Shown: positions 36,332-46,346, numbered from the stretch's first letter. The stretch is DNA of 64,000 bases from Actinomycetota bacterium (GCA_046731295.1 JBKPKU010000105.1:10530-74529); one strand, 5' to 3'. Notes: generated by a model not told the origin, from the letters alone. A program made the numbers and translations.

Positions 36332-37420
36332 ATGGCCGAGAAGGTTCGTCGCGAACTTCCCGTATCCCCACGTCGTCGAAGCGCGAGCGGCGAAGGGGTC
36401 CTCGGGTTCCTGGGGCAGGACATGGCGGTCGACCTGGGAACCGCGAATACGCTCGTCTACGTCCGCAACGCCGGCATCGTCCTGAACGAGCCCTCGGTGG
36501 TCGCGATCAACACGCTTTCGGGCGCCGTCCTCGCGGTCGGCAACGAAGCCAAGCGGATGATCGGGCGCACCCCCTCGCACATCCAGGCCGTGCGACCGCT
36601 CAAAGACGGCGTGATCGCCGACTTCGACATCACGGAGAAGATGCTCCGGTACTTCATCCAGCGCGTCCACAAGCGCCGGCTGCTCGCCAAGCCGCGCGTC
36701 GTGGTCTGCGTTCCGAGCGGCATCACCGGTGTCGAGCAGCGCGCCGTCGAGGAGGCCACGATCGCCGCGGGGGCGCGTCGCGCCTACATCATCGAGGAGC
36801 CGATGGCGGCGGCGATCGGCGCGGGCCTGCCCATCCACGAGCCGTCCGGCAACATGATCGTGGACATCGGCGGCGGCACGACCGAGGTGGCCGTCATCTC
36901 CCTCGGCGGGATCGTGACGTCCACGTCGCTTCGGATCGGCGGGGACGAGCTGGACGAGGCGATCATCAACCATGTGAAGAAGGAATACTCGCTGCTGCTT
37001 GGCGAGCGCACCGCCGAGGCGATCAAGCTGGCCATCGCGGCGGTCTACCCGATGCAGGAGGAGCTGGTGGCCGAGATCCCCGGGCGAGATCTCGTCTCCG
37101 GGCTCCCCAAGACGCTGCAGATCGGCGACGGCGAGATCCGGTCGGCCGTCGAGGAGCCGGTCAGCGCGATCGTCGATTCCATCAAGGCGACCCTGGACCG
37201 CACGCCTCCCGAGCTGGCCGGCGACATCATGCACAAGGGCATCACTCTCACCGGTGGCGGCGCGCTCCTGCGGGGCTTCGACAAGCGACTTCGGCACGAG
37301 ACCGGCATGCCGGTCTACATCGCCGACAACCCGCTGTCCTCGGTCGCGATCGGGTCCGGCAAGTGCCTGGAGGAGTTCGAGGTCCTCCAGCGCGTCCTGG
37401 TGAGCCCGTCCAGGAGGTAG
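36332..37420 (+). CDS. mreB: Rod shape-determining protein MreB
   Basis: 'MAVDLGTANTLVYV', 'DGVIADFD', 'EPMAAAIGAG' and 'VDIGGGTTEVAV'. The start is uncertain: ATG 36332 is chosen, and a shorter N-terminus is possible. Confidence 0.9.
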   Translation: MAEKVRRELPVSPRRRSASGEGVLGFLGQDMAVDLGTANTLVYVRNAGIVLNEPSVVAINTLSGAVLAVGNEAKRMIGRTPSHIQAVRPLKDGVIADFDITEKMLRYFIQRVHKRRLLAKPRVVVCVPSGITGVEQRAVEEATIAAGARRAYIIEEPMAAAIGAGLPIHEPSGNMIVDIGGGTTEVAVISLGGIVTSTSLRIGGDELDEAIINHVKKEYSLLLGERTAEAIKLAIAAVYPMQEELVAEIPGRDLVSGLPKTLQIGDGEIRSAVEEPVSAIVDSIKATLDRTPPELAGDIMHKGITLTGGGALLRGFDKRLRHETGMPVYIADNPLSSVAIGSGKCLEEFEVLQRVLVSPSRR

Positions 37421-37426
37421 CCGCCG

Positions 37427-38284
37427 GTGGCCGTGCGCAGCCGAGCGCGCAGCACCCGACTGCTCGTCGTGGCTCTGGTCTCGATCTCGCTCGTGACGAT
37501 CACGATCGACTACCGCGAGGGCGACGACGGCCCGCTGGCCTCGATGGGCGACGCGGCGCTCACCGTCATTAGCCCGCTCCAGGAGGTCGTGTCCAAGGTC
37601 ACGCACCCGATCGGGAACTTCTTCTCCACGCTGTTCCGCCTGCCGTCGATCCGCCATGAGCGCGACGTCCTTCGCGAACGCGTGGACGCGCTCGAGACGC
37701 AGCTCAACGAGGGCCGCGCCGACCAGCAGCGGTTGGCCGACCTCGAGGCGCTGCTCGGACTGCGGGAGAGCCTCGGGCCCAAGGTCGAGACGACGGCCGC
37801 GCAGGTGATCGCCAACAGCGTGTCGAACTTCGAGTGGACGATCGAGATCGACAAGGGTTCGAGCGACGGGATCGCGCGCGACATGCCGGTCATCGCCAGC
37901 GCCGGCCTGGTCGGACACGTAGTCCAGGTGGGTGCCAACTCCTCCAGGGTGCAGTTGATCATCGACCCGGACTCGTTCGTGGCGGGTCGCCTCGACGTGT
38001 CGCAGCAGACCGGGCTGCTCGCTGGCCAGGGCAACCAGGACCTGCAGATGTCGCTGGTCGAATCCACCGCGGAGGTCGAGCCCGACGAACGCGTCGTGAC
38101 GGCCGGCTACAAGATCCGCGACGTGGCGGAGAGTCTCTACCCGCCCAACGTGCTGATCGGCACCGTCTCCCGCGTGCTTCAGGAGGACGCGGCCACCGAG
38201 AAGTTCGTCACGGTCCGCCCCGCGGTCGACTTCTCGTCCCTGTCCCTCGTGCTCGTGGTGCTTTCGCGTGACGGCGGCGAGTAG
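37427..38284 (+). CDS. mreC: Rod shape-determining protein MreC
   Basis: N-terminal anchor, coiled coil ('ERDVLRERVDALETQLNE') and beta-barrel domains ('GIARDMPVIASAGLVGHVVQV'). Its position follows mreB. Confidence 0.85.
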   Translation: MAVRSRARSTRLLVVALVSISLVTITIDYREGDDGPLASMGDAALTVISPLQEVVSKVTHPIGNFFSTLFRLPSIRHERDVLRERVDALETQLNEGRADQQRLADLEALLGLRESLGPKVETTAAQVIANSVSNFEWTIEIDKGSSDGIARDMPVIASAGLVGHVVQVGANSSRVQLIIDPDSFVAGRLDVSQQTGLLAGQGNQDLQMSLVESTAEVEPDERVVTAGYKIRDVAESLYPPNVLIGTVSRVLQEDAATEKFVTVRPAVDFSSLSLVLVVLSRDGGE

Positions 38285-38295
38285 GGTCACCACCC

Positions 38296-38802
38296 GTGCG
38301 GCGGGTCCTGCTTCTGTCGGCGGTCATCGTGACCGCGCTCATCCTGCAGACCACGGTGTTCTCCGAGATCAACCTGCTCGGCGCCAAGCCCGAGCTCATG
38401 TACCTGCTCACGATCTGTTTCGCGATCTTGGAGGGCCCGGCCTCCGGCGCGATCGCGGGGTTCGTGGGCGGGATGGCGCAGGACTTCCTGCTGGACGCGC
38501 CGAAGGGCATCACCGCGCTCACGCTCACGCTGCTCGGGTACGCGGTGGGCATGGTCCGACAGTTCATCGTGAGCCCCTCGCCCGTGACGCCGGTGGTGCT
38601 GGTGGCGGGCGGGACCTTCCTCGGGGTCCTGTTCTACGGGGTCGTCTCGTTCCTACTCGGGCAGCTGAGCACCGGGTGGCTGTACCTGTTGCGCGTCGCG
38701 CTGCTCTCGGCCGTGTACAACGCGATCCTCACGCCGCTGGTCTATCCGCTTCTGCGCCGGGCCGCCGAGGGCTCGCGCTCGCGCCGCGTCGCCAGGTGGT
38801 GA
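38296..38802 (+). CDS. mreD: Rod shape-determining protein MreD
   Basis: 168-aa polytopic protein immediately after mreC, with 'GAIAGFVGGMAQD'. Confidence 0.75.
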   Translation: MRRVLLLSAVIVTALILQTTVFSEINLLGAKPELMYLLTICFAILEGPASGAIAGFVGGMAQDFLLDAPKGITALTLTLLGYAVGMVRQFIVSPSPVTPVVLVAGGTFLGVLFYGVVSFLLGQLSTGWLYLLRVALLSAVYNAILTPLVYPLLRRAAEGSRSRRVARW

Positions 38803-38809
38803 GCGCCCG

Positions 38810-40774
38810 ATGACCGATCCGCGGGCGGGCCTGCGGATCAAGGTCCTGGCGGCGCTGGTGGTGACGATGTTCGCCGCGCTCACCACCAGGCTATGGTTCC
38901 TCCAGGTCCTGGCGGCCGAGCAGAACCGACGCGCGGCCAAGGACAACGCGGTCCGCATCGTGGAGGTTCCCGCGCCCCGCGGCGTGATCCGCGACGTCAA
39001 CGGGACCGAGCTCGTGAAGAACAAGCCCCGGCAGGTGCTGACGGTCAACCGGCAGGAGCTGGGCGGCGACGCCGAGCGCGTCCTGATGGAGCTGTCGCGT
39101 CTGCTGGACATCCCGGCCGACGAGCTGGGCGCGCGCCTCGACGACGCGCTGAAGCGCTACTACGCCTTCACGCCGGTCCCGCTGGTCGTGGGTGTATCGA
39201 AGAATGTCGCCCTCTACGTCAAGGAGCACCACGATGATCTCCCGGGCGTGGACGTCCTGACGCTCCCCGTCCGCGAGTACCCGCTCGGCTCGGTCGGCGC
39301 CCACGTCCTGGGCTACCTCGGCCAGATCTCGAAGCAGAAGCTCAAGGACCCGAGCTTCGCCGGCTACAAGCCTGGCGATCTCGTGGGCATCTCGGGCGTC
39401 GAGGGCGTGTACGAGCACGACCTGGCCGGCACCCCCGGCCTGACGAAGTACCGCGTGAACTCGCTCGGCGAGAACCTGGGCCAGATCGGCGACCTCCAAC
39501 CCAAGCCCGGCAACGACGTCGTCCTGACGATCGACGCCGACACGCAGGAGCTGACCGAGAACTCGCTGCGGGCCGGGATCATGCACGCGCGGACGGTCTA
39601 CGACTCGTCGTCGGGATCGGACCTGCAGGCCAACGCGGGCGCGGCGATCGTGCTCGACCCCGACACGGGGGCGATCCAGGCCATGGCATCGTTCCCGTCG
39701 TTCGACCCGTCGGTGTTCACACGGAGCATGTCCTCTCGCGAGTACAAGCGGCGGTTCGGCGAGAGCCGGAGCAGCCCGCTGCTGAACCGCGCGATCGCCG
39801 GCCAGTACCCGCCGGGGTCGACCTACAAGCCCTTCGTCGCGGCCTCGGCTCTGCAACGCGGCATCGTGAACACGAGCCAGTACTACCCCTGCCCCGGGTC
39901 CTGGACTGCGCCCTACAACGAGAGCGACCCGAGCGCGACCCAGTACATCTTCGACAACTGGACCTCGGCGAACCTCGGCTCGATGAGCATCGCGACGGCC
40001 CTCGCCAAGTCGTGCGACACGATCTTCTACCCGATGGGATACCGCTACTGGGACCTGTACTACGTGAATCCGGACGAGCAGTCGAACGGCGTGATCTCGC
40101 ACGAGCCGCTGCAGCGCGATCTCGGGTACTTCGGGTTCGGGTCGACCACGCGTGTCGATCTGCCGTACGAGCAGGACGGGCGCGTACCGGACGCCGAGTG
40201 GAAGCGCACGATGCACGAGGCCTACCCGGACTCGTTCCCGGAGGGCCAGTGGTTCCCGGGCGACTTCATCCTGATGACGATCGGCCAGGGTGACACGCTG
40301 GTCACGCCGCTCGAGCTCGCGACCGCGTACGGCGCGATCGAGGACGACGGCAAGGTCTGCGTCCCGCACGTGCTCGACCACGTGGAGTCGCCGGACGACA
40401 CGCTCGTGCGCCGGTACCGGCCGAACTGCCGGCGCTCCGTGCACATAGACCCGAGGTACCTCCGGTATATCCGCGACGCGTTGAAGGGGACCGTGAGCAT
40501 GCCCGGCGCGACGGCCACGGCGGCGTTCTCCGGGTTCCCGTTCAGCCAGGTGTCGGTCGCCGGCAAGACCGGGACCGCGCAGGTGCCGCCCAAGCAGGAC
40601 TACTCCTGGTTCGCGGCGATGACGGAGGCCAACGGCGAGAGGCACGTCGTGGTGGTCCTGGTCGAGCAGGGCGGGCACGGCGCGACGACTGCGGCGCCGA
40701 TCGCCCGCAACATCATCGAGGGCCTGTACGGTCTGCCGCTCACGCAGTTCACCGACATCGCGGGGACGGACTGA
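38810..40774 (+). CDS. mrdA: Penicillin-binding protein 2 (elongation transpeptidase)
   Basis: 'RGVIRDVNG', the SxxK motif 'PPGSTYKP', SxN 'DNWTSAN'-region and KTG 'AGKTGTAQV'. Confidence 0.9.
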   Translation: MTDPRAGLRIKVLAALVVTMFAALTTRLWFLQVLAAEQNRRAAKDNAVRIVEVPAPRGVIRDVNGTELVKNKPRQVLTVNRQELGGDAERVLMELSRLLDIPADELGARLDDALKRYYAFTPVPLVVGVSKNVALYVKEHHDDLPGVDVLTLPVREYPLGSVGAHVLGYLGQISKQKLKDPSFAGYKPGDLVGISGVEGVYEHDLAGTPGLTKYRVNSLGENLGQIGDLQPKPGNDVVLTIDADTQELTENSLRAGIMHARTVYDSSSGSDLQANAGAAIVLDPDTGAIQAMASFPSFDPSVFTRSMSSREYKRRFGESRSSPLLNRAIAGQYPPGSTYKPFVAASALQRGIVNTSQYYPCPGSWTAPYNESDPSATQYIFDNWTSANLGSMSIATALAKSCDTIFYPMGYRYWDLYYVNPDEQSNGVISHEPLQRDLGYFGFGSTTRVDLPYEQDGRVPDAEWKRTMHEAYPDSFPEGQWFPGDFILMTIGQGDTLVTPLELATAYGAIEDDGKVCVPHVLDHVESPDDTLVRRYRPNCRRSVHIDPRYLRYIRDALKGTVSMPGATATAAFSGFPFSQVSVAGKTGTAQVPPKQDYSWFAAMTEANGERHVVVVLVEQGGHGATTAAPIARNIIEGLYGLPLTQFTDIAGTD

Positions 40775-41910
40775 TGGACCTGGTCGCCGGCCGGATGGTG
40801 GCGAGCGAGCGCCGCGCGATCCGCCACGTCGACCCGGTGCTGATCGCCGCCGCCCTCGGCCTGGCGGTGATCGGGCTGCTCGCGATCTACTCGGCCACGC
40901 ACCAGTCGCTGGCCGCGGTGGGCCTGGACCCCGGGCGGTTCGTGAAGCGCCAGCTCACGTTCCTCGCGATCGCCGTGATCGTGCTCGCGCTGGCGGCGAG
41001 CTTCGACTACCGGCTCCTGAAGGTCTACGCCGGCATGGTCTACTTCTCCTCGCTCGTGCTCCTGATCCTGGTGCGGACGCCGATCGGCACCAGCGTCAAG
41101 GGCGCGCAGCGATGGTTCGAGGTGTTCGGCTTCCAGCTGGCGCCCTCGGAGGTCGCCAAGCTCGCCCTGATCGCGATGCTCGCGGCGGTCCTATCCGAGG
41201 TGCGGGGCGACCTCACGTTCCGGGACGTGTTTCGGACCGCCGCGCTCGCCGCCGTCCCGGCGCTGCTGGTGTTCCTGCAGCCGGACCTCGGCTCATCGAT
41301 CGTGTTCGCCGCGATCCTGGTCGGGATGCTCGTGGTGGCCGGCGCGCGCGCCCGCTACCTCGGGCTGCTGGCGCTCACGGCCGTGGTGCTGATCGTCGCC
41401 GGGTTCCAGGTGGGCCTGGTCCGCGAGTACCAGATCGAACGCCTCAAGGCGTTCCTCGATCCGGCCAGCGTGTCCGAGGACGCGCTCCACAACCGCGAGC
41501 AGGCGGAGATCGCGATCGGCTCCGGCGGCCTGATGGGTGTCGGCTACCTCGAGGGCTCGCAGACGAACCTGGACTTCGTGCCCGAGCAGCACACCGACTT
41601 CGTGTTCACGGTCGTGGGGGAGGAGTTCGGGTTTGCCGGCGCCGTCGTGCTGCTGTCGCTGTACGGGCTGCTGCTGTGGCGCGCGTTCCGGGTCGGGATG
41701 CTGTCGCGAGATCCGTTCGGCACGTACCTGGCCGCCGGGATCGCGTCGATGCTCGCGCTGCAGATGTTCGTCAACGTCGGCATGAACGTCGGCATCATGC
41801 CGATCACGGGCATCCCGTTACCGTTCGTGTCCTACGGCGGCAGCTCGCTGCTGCTAAATTTCGCCGCGGTAGGCCTGCTGCTGAACGTGCACATGCGCCG
41901 GTTCGTCTGA
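40774..41910 (+). CDS. rodA: SEDS-family peptidoglycan polymerase RodA
   Basis: 'LQPDLGS', 'PEQHTDFVF' and 'GIPLPFVSYGGSS'. TGATG overlap with PBP2. Confidence 0.9.
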   Translation: MDLVAGRMVASERRAIRHVDPVLIAAALGLAVIGLLAIYSATHQSLAAVGLDPGRFVKRQLTFLAIAVIVLALAASFDYRLLKVYAGMVYFSSLVLLILVRTPIGTSVKGAQRWFEVFGFQLAPSEVAKLALIAMLAAVLSEVRGDLTFRDVFRTAALAAVPALLVFLQPDLGSSIVFAAILVGMLVVAGARARYLGLLALTAVVLIVAGFQVGLVREYQIERLKAFLDPASVSEDALHNREQAEIAIGSGGLMGVGYLEGSQTNLDFVPEQHTDFVFTVVGEEFGFAGAVVLLSLYGLLLWRAFRVGMLSRDPFGTYLAAGIASMLALQMFVNVGMNVGIMPITGIPLPFVSYGGSSLLLNFAAVGLLLNVHMRRFV

Positions 41911-41920
41911 CGCCAGGCGT

Positions 41921-43090
41921 TCAGCTCGAGAGCGCGATCGTCCACAGGAACGTGGACCCGGTAGCGTCCGAGGCCTCGACCACGACGTCACCACCCATGG
42001 CCCGCGCCGCCGTGCGCGCGAGCGCCAGGCCCATCCCCGCGCCCTGGTGTACGCGAACGTTCAGCTCCTCGAGCTGCTCGAGCGGGCCGAAGATGCGCTC
42101 GTGTTCGTGGACGACGATGCCGGGGCCTTGGTCGACGACGCGGACCTCGACCAAGTCGAGCACCACGCCCACCCGAACCTCGACGCCAGTCTCGGACCCC
42201 GAGAACCGCAGCGCGTTGTCCACCAGCTCCTCGAGGACCCGGGTTGCGACGCCCCGGTTCAGGTTGGCGTGCGGGGACCCGCCCTCGCGGGTCACGACCA
42301 CGCGGACGCGCGGGTCGCGAGCCGCGACGTGGTGGGCGACCTCGACCACGTCCACACGTTCGGTCATGCCCGCGTCGACGGCGAGCTCGAATCGTTCGAC
42401 CAGCTGAGCGAGATCGCGGGCGCGCGTCACCAGGCGCGAGAGGAGCTCGTCCGCCTGGTCTGGCGGCGCGTCGACCTCGGCGAGCGTCTGAGCGACTCCC
42501 AGGATCACCGTGACGGGGGTTCGGAGCTCGTGGGACAGGCGCGCCACCAGCTCCTGCCGCCGCGCCGAACGCTCGACGAGCGCTTCCTGCGCGGCCTCGA
42601 GCTCGGCCGTTCGACGGCGTTCGCGGTCGAGGGCCTCTGTGAGCTCCTCGATCACGTGGGGCGTGACCTCCGAGGACAGGAGCGCGCCGCCCACCGCTGC
42701 GCGGCCGACCGCCGTCAGGATTTCGTCGCCGTCGGAGTCCTTCAGGACGTATCCCGAAGCCCCGGCCACGAGCATGCCGCGCACGATCTCCTGATCCTCG
42801 TGACCGGACAGCGCGACCACGCCGAGCTCGGGGAAGTCGATCTTCAGCCGCCGGGTGGCTTCGATCCCGTCCATCGTCGGCATCCGGACGTCCATCAGCA
42901 CGACGTCGGGCCGAAGCGAGCGCGCCATGCTGAGAGCCTCGGCGCCCGAGCCGGCCTCCCCCACGACCTGGAGATTGCCCGCCTCGAGCAGGGACAGCAG
43001 CGACTCGCGAAAGCCCGCGTTGTCGTCGACGACCAGAACCCGGATCGGCCGGCTGTGCCCGACGGGCCGGGGAAGAACGGCCGGTTCCAT
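41921..43090 (-). CDS. Hybrid protein: N-terminal receiver domain, then HisKA and HATPase_c
   Basis: Internal ATG at 43090. REC 'IRVLVVDDNAGFRESL...PDVVLMDVRMPTMDG', H-box 'LSHELRTPVTVILG', N-box 'ELVDNALRF', and G-boxes 'DQGPGI' and 'GAGMGLALA'. No TM segment and no DNA-binding output domain. Confidence 0.8.
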   Translation of the reverse strand: MEPAVLPRPVGHSRPIRVLVVDDNAGFRESLLSLLEAGNLQVVGEAGSGAEALSMARSLRPDVVLMDVRMPTMDGIEATRRLKIDFPELGVVALSGHEDQEIVRGMLVAGASGYVLKDSDGDEILTAVGRAAVGGALLSSEVTPHVIEELTEALDRERRRTAELEAAQEALVERSARRQELVARLSHELRTPVTVILGVAQTLAEVDAPPDQADELLSRLVTRARDLAQLVERFELAVDAGMTERVDVVEVAHHVAARDPRVRVVVTREGGSPHANLNRGVATRVLEELVDNALRFSGSETGVEVRVGVVLDLVEVRVVDQGPGIVVHEHERIFGPLEQLEELNVRVHQGAGMGLALARTAARAMGGDVVVEASDATGSTFLWTIALSS

Positions 43091-43596
43091 AGGGCGCAAG
43101 TCTCCGGGCCCCGCGCGCCGAAGCGTATCCCGCGAGCGTCGGTTTCTCCCTGGTGCACCAACCACAACGGGGGTAGGTGGAACGACCTAGTGAGCGTCCC
43201 AAGCCGATGGACCTCCCGGCTCCGGGCGTCGGGGGTCCGGCGAGCGCTTCCCGGGCGGGGCCGGGTGAGTCGGGTATCCTGGCAGCAGACTTGCTCGCCG
43301 AGCGCGCGGCCACGGGGTCGTGAGGACGCCGGCGAGGGATGGAGAGGCGAGGCGGCGGTCACGCCGGCCCCGGGGCCGACCCGGAGGGCCGCGACCGGAC
43401 AGCCAGCCGAGAACGGGGACTTCCGCTGCGCGACGAGGCGCCGCAGGAGGCGGGGATCCAGATCCCCGCATCCGAGCGTGAATCGGACGAGACCAGGCCC
43501 GCCGGCCGGTCTCGGAGCCGCCGGGCATCCGGCGCAAGCACGGAATCCTCTTCGGCGACGGCCGCCGCCGCCTCTCCCGGCTCGAAGGGAGCGACG

Positions 43597-45621
43597 ATGA
43601 ACGACGACACCGGTTCGGCGACTGCGCAGCGCGCGAAGACCGCCGACACCGAACCTACCCCGGCCGACGGCTCGGGCCCCGCGACCCCGCGCACAGGCGC
43701 CCGCCGCCGCCGAGGCGGCAGGGGTCGGGGCGGCCGGGGACGCTCGGGGACGGGGTCCGCGAACGGGTCCGCCAAGACCGAGGAGGCGGGCGCCTCGGCG
43801 CCGAACACCACGTCGGCGGACCAGCCCGAAGTCGACCTGGACGCCCAGCCCGGCGAGGTCGAACGCACGACCACCGGCGGGGCCGCTCGGCGCCGCCGCC
43901 GGGGCGGCAGGGGTCGGGGCCGGGGAGGCTCGGGCTCGACGACCAAGACCGCCGAGGGCGGCGAGAACGCCGAGAACGCCGAGGCCACCGACGACACTGA
44001 GGCAGAGGCGATCACGACCACCGACGCGGGCCAGCCGGCCGACGGCGAGACGACGACCACCCCCAAGCGCCGTCGCCGCCGCGGCGGCCGGGGACGCCGG
44101 AAGAAGCCGGCCGCCGAGGAAACCGACACCGGCGCGGACCAGAAGCCGGCCGACGGCGAGGCCGCGCCGAAGGGCCGGTCCCGCTCGTCGCGCCCCGCCA
44201 AGCCCAAGTCGGCCGAATCCCCGAAGGCGCCGGCGACCCGAATCCGCTCGAGTCGCCCGAAGGCCTCGACGAAGTCCGACGAGGACGCGGATACGCCGAC
44301 GCGCCTGCGCCGGCAGCGCCAGGGTCGCGCGACCGTGCGACGCCGGCGCGAGTCGATGCCGGTCGTTCCGCGTGTCACCGACAAGCTCATGGTCATCACC
44401 GAGCACGGCGAGCGCGACCAGATCGCCGTTCTCGAGGAGCGCGAGCTCGTGCAGCATTACGTCACGCGGATCGGGGCACGCTCGATGGTGGGCAACGTCT
44501 ACCTCGGCCGTGTGCAGAACGTCCTGCCCGGCATGGAGGCCGCGTTCGTCGACGTCGGCCGGGGCCGCAACGCGGTCCTGTACGCCGGCGAGGTGAACTG
44601 GTCGCCCGAGGATCTCGAGGGCGCGCCCCCGCGGATCGAGCACGTGCTCAGGAGCGGGCAGTCCGTCCTCGTGCAGGTCACGAAGGACCCGATCGGCGGC
44701 AAGGGCGCCCGCCTGACGGCGCAGATCTCGCTGCCGGGCCGCTTCCTGGTCTTAGCGCCGAACTCGGACGTCTCGGGCATCAGCCGGCGACTCCCCGATG
44801 CCGAGCGCCGGCGCCTCAAGGCTATCTTCAAGGACATCAAGCCGGGCGAGCACGGCCTGATCGTGCGGACGGCCGCGGAGGGGGCCTCTAAGGAGGCGCT
44901 CGCAGCCGACCTCGAGCGCCTGCTCGAGGAGTGGAAGCAGATCGAGAAGCGATCGAAGAAGGCCAAGGCGCCGGCCGTCCTGTACGAGGAGCCCGAGCTC
45001 ACCGTTCGGGTCGTGCGCGACCTGTTCACCGACGAGGAGTACCGAGAGCTCGTGACGGACTCGCCGCGCGTGTTCGGCCTGGTGACCGACTACCTGCGCG
45101 GCGTCGCGCCCGACGTGCTCTCGAAGGTCCGGCTGCATGAAGGTCCGCTGTCGGCGTTCGAGGAGTTCCACATCGTCGAGCAGATCCACAAGGGCCTGGA
45201 CCGCAAGGTGTGGCTGCCCTCCGGTGGCTACCTCGTGATCGACCGTACCGAGGCCATGACCGTGATCGACGTCAACACCGGCCGCTCGGTCGGCAAGTCC
45301 AACCTCGAGGAGACCGTCGTGAACACCAACCTCGAGGCGGCCAGTGAGGTGGCCCGTCAGCTCCGGCTCCGGGACATCGGCGGGATGATCGTGATCGACT
45401 TCATCGACATGCTGCTCGAGCAGAACAAGAGGAAGGTGATCGATCAGATGAAGGAGGCGCTGGCGCAGGACAAGTCACGCAGCCAGGTCTTCGACATCAG
45501 CCCACTCGGCCTGCTCGAGGTGACGCGCAAGCGCGTGTCTGGTGGACTCTTGGAGGCGTTCTCGGAGCCCTGCCCCACGTGCGAGGGACGTGGGCTGCTC
45601 ATCACCTACGACGTCAACTGA
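43597..45621 (+). CDS. rne: Ribonuclease E/G family endoribonuclease with an Arg-rich N-terminal extension
   Basis: ATG at 43597 follows GAAGGGAG. S1 domain 'VGNVYLGRVQNVLPGMEAAFVDVG', the catalytic core 'MTVIDVNTG' and 'IGGMIVIDFIDM', and the Zn-link 'CPTCEGRG'. Confidence 0.85.
   Translation: MNDDTGSATAQRAKTADTEPTPADGSGPATPRTGARRRRGGRGRGGRGRSGTGSANGSAKTEEAGASAPNTTSADQPEVDLDAQPGEVERTTTGGAARRRRRGGRGRGRGGSGSTTKTAEGGENAENAEATDDTEAEAITTTDAGQPADGETTTTPKRRRRRGGRGRRKKPAAEETDTGADQKPADGEAAPKGRSRSSRPAKPKSAESPKAPATRIRSSRPKASTKSDEDADTPTRLRRQRQGRATVRRRRESMPVVPRVTDKLMVITEHGERDQIAVLEERELVQHYVTRIGARSMVGNVYLGRVQNVLPGMEAAFVDVGRGRNAVLYAGEVNWSPEDLEGAPPRIEHVLRSGQSVLVQVTKDPIGGKGARLTAQISLPGRFLVLAPNSDVSGISRRLPDAERRRLKAIFKDIKPGEHGLIVRTAAEGASKEALAADLERLLEEWKQIEKRSKKAKAPAVLYEEPELTVRVVRDLFTDEEYRELVTDSPRVFGLVTDYLRGVAPDVLSKVRLHEGPLSAFEEFHIVEQIHKGLDRKVWLPSGGYLVIDRTEAMTVIDVNTGRSVGKSNLEETVVNTNLEAASEVARQLRLRDIGGMIVIDFIDMLLEQNKRKVIDQMKEALAQDKSRSQVFDISPLGLLEVTRKRVSGGLLEAFSEPCPTCEGRGLLITYDVN
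43702..43920 (+). repeat. Two 30-nt direct repeats (43702-43731 and 43891-43920, 29/30 identical) encoding RRRRGGRGRG boxes
   Basis: cgccgccgccgaggcggcaggggtcggggc versus cgccgccgccggggcggcaggggtcggggc, 189 nt apart and in frame. A third, diverged box lies at about 44068-44106. Confidence 0.85.
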
Positions 45622-45638
45622 GCCATCAGGAGGAACCG

Positions 45639-46043
45639 ATGTACGCGGTCATCAAGGCGGGAGGCAAGCAGCACAAGGTGAAGGCGGGTGATGTCCTCGA
45701 GGTCGAGTACATGCACGGCGAAGGGGACGGCGACACCGTCACGTTCCACCCCGTCCTCGTGGTCGACGACGACGGCAAGACGCACTACGGCAAGGACGCC
45801 CAGCTGGCCGTGGTCACGGCCAGGCTGCTCGGCGAGCAGAAGGGCGACAAGGTCAACGTCTTCAAGTACAAGAACAAGTCCGGCTACTCGCGCCGGCAGG
45901 GCCACCGCCAGCTCATGACGTTGATCGAGATCTCCGATGTCAAGCTCGGCACCGCCAAGCGCTCGACGGCCAGGGAGACGACGGCCAAGGCCGACGAACC
46001 CGCCGAAGCGAACGCGGGGGACGCGACCGAGGCTTCCGAGTAG
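45639..46043 (+). CDS. rplU: 50S ribosomal protein L21 (with an acidic C-terminal tail)
   Basis: AGGAGG RBS. '[20 protein letters not shown]...[21 protein letters not shown]'. Confidence 0.95.
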   Translation: MYAVIKAGGKQHKVKAGDVLEVEYMHGEGDGDTVTFHPVLVVDDDGKTHYGKDAQLAVVTARLLGEQKGDKVNVFKYKNKSGYSRRQGHRQLMTLIEISDVKLGTAKRSTARETTAKADEPAEANAGDATEASE

Positions 46044-46074
46044 CCGAAGACCGTCTGGTACCCTCGAACGCGGC

Positions 46075-46329
46075 ATGGCACACAAGAAAGGCGGCGGCTC
46101 GTCGCGCAACGGGCGGGACTCCGAGTCCAAGCGGCTCGGCGTCAAGGCGTTCGGCGGTCAGGAGGTCACCGCCGGATCGATCCTGGTGCGCCAGCGGGGG
46201 ACGAGGATCCACGCCGGCAAGGGTGTGGGCAGGGGCGGCGACGACACGCTGTTCGCCACCGAGGCCGGGTTCGTGGGCTACCACGAGTCGCGCGGCCGTC
46301 GCTACGCCACGGTCACGCCCCGCTCGTAG
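46075..46329 (+). CDS. rpmA: 50S ribosomal protein L27
   Basis: '[29 protein letters not shown]...[15 protein letters not shown]'. Confidence 0.95.
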   Translation: MAHKKGGGSSRNGRDSESKRLGVKAFGGQEVTAGSILVRQRGTRIHAGKGVGRGGDDTLFATEAGFVGYHESRGRRYATVTPRS

Positions 46330-46346
46330 CGCTTACCCGATCCCGT

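Noticed and set aside
36209-40678. 694-aa and 595-aa minus-strand ORFs opposite mreBCD and PBP2
   Set aside because: No motifs, with Arg/Asp/Gly/Val-rich shadow frames. The plus-strand elongasome genes are unambiguous.
42895-44643. 582-aa minus ORF and the 43339 start of the rne ORF
   Set aside because: The minus ORF is an Arg/Gly/Ala mirror of the RNase E Arg-rich region. For rne I preferred ATG 43597 because it has a GAAGGGAG RBS, and the upstream 86 codons look like leader sequence. That choice remains uncertain.
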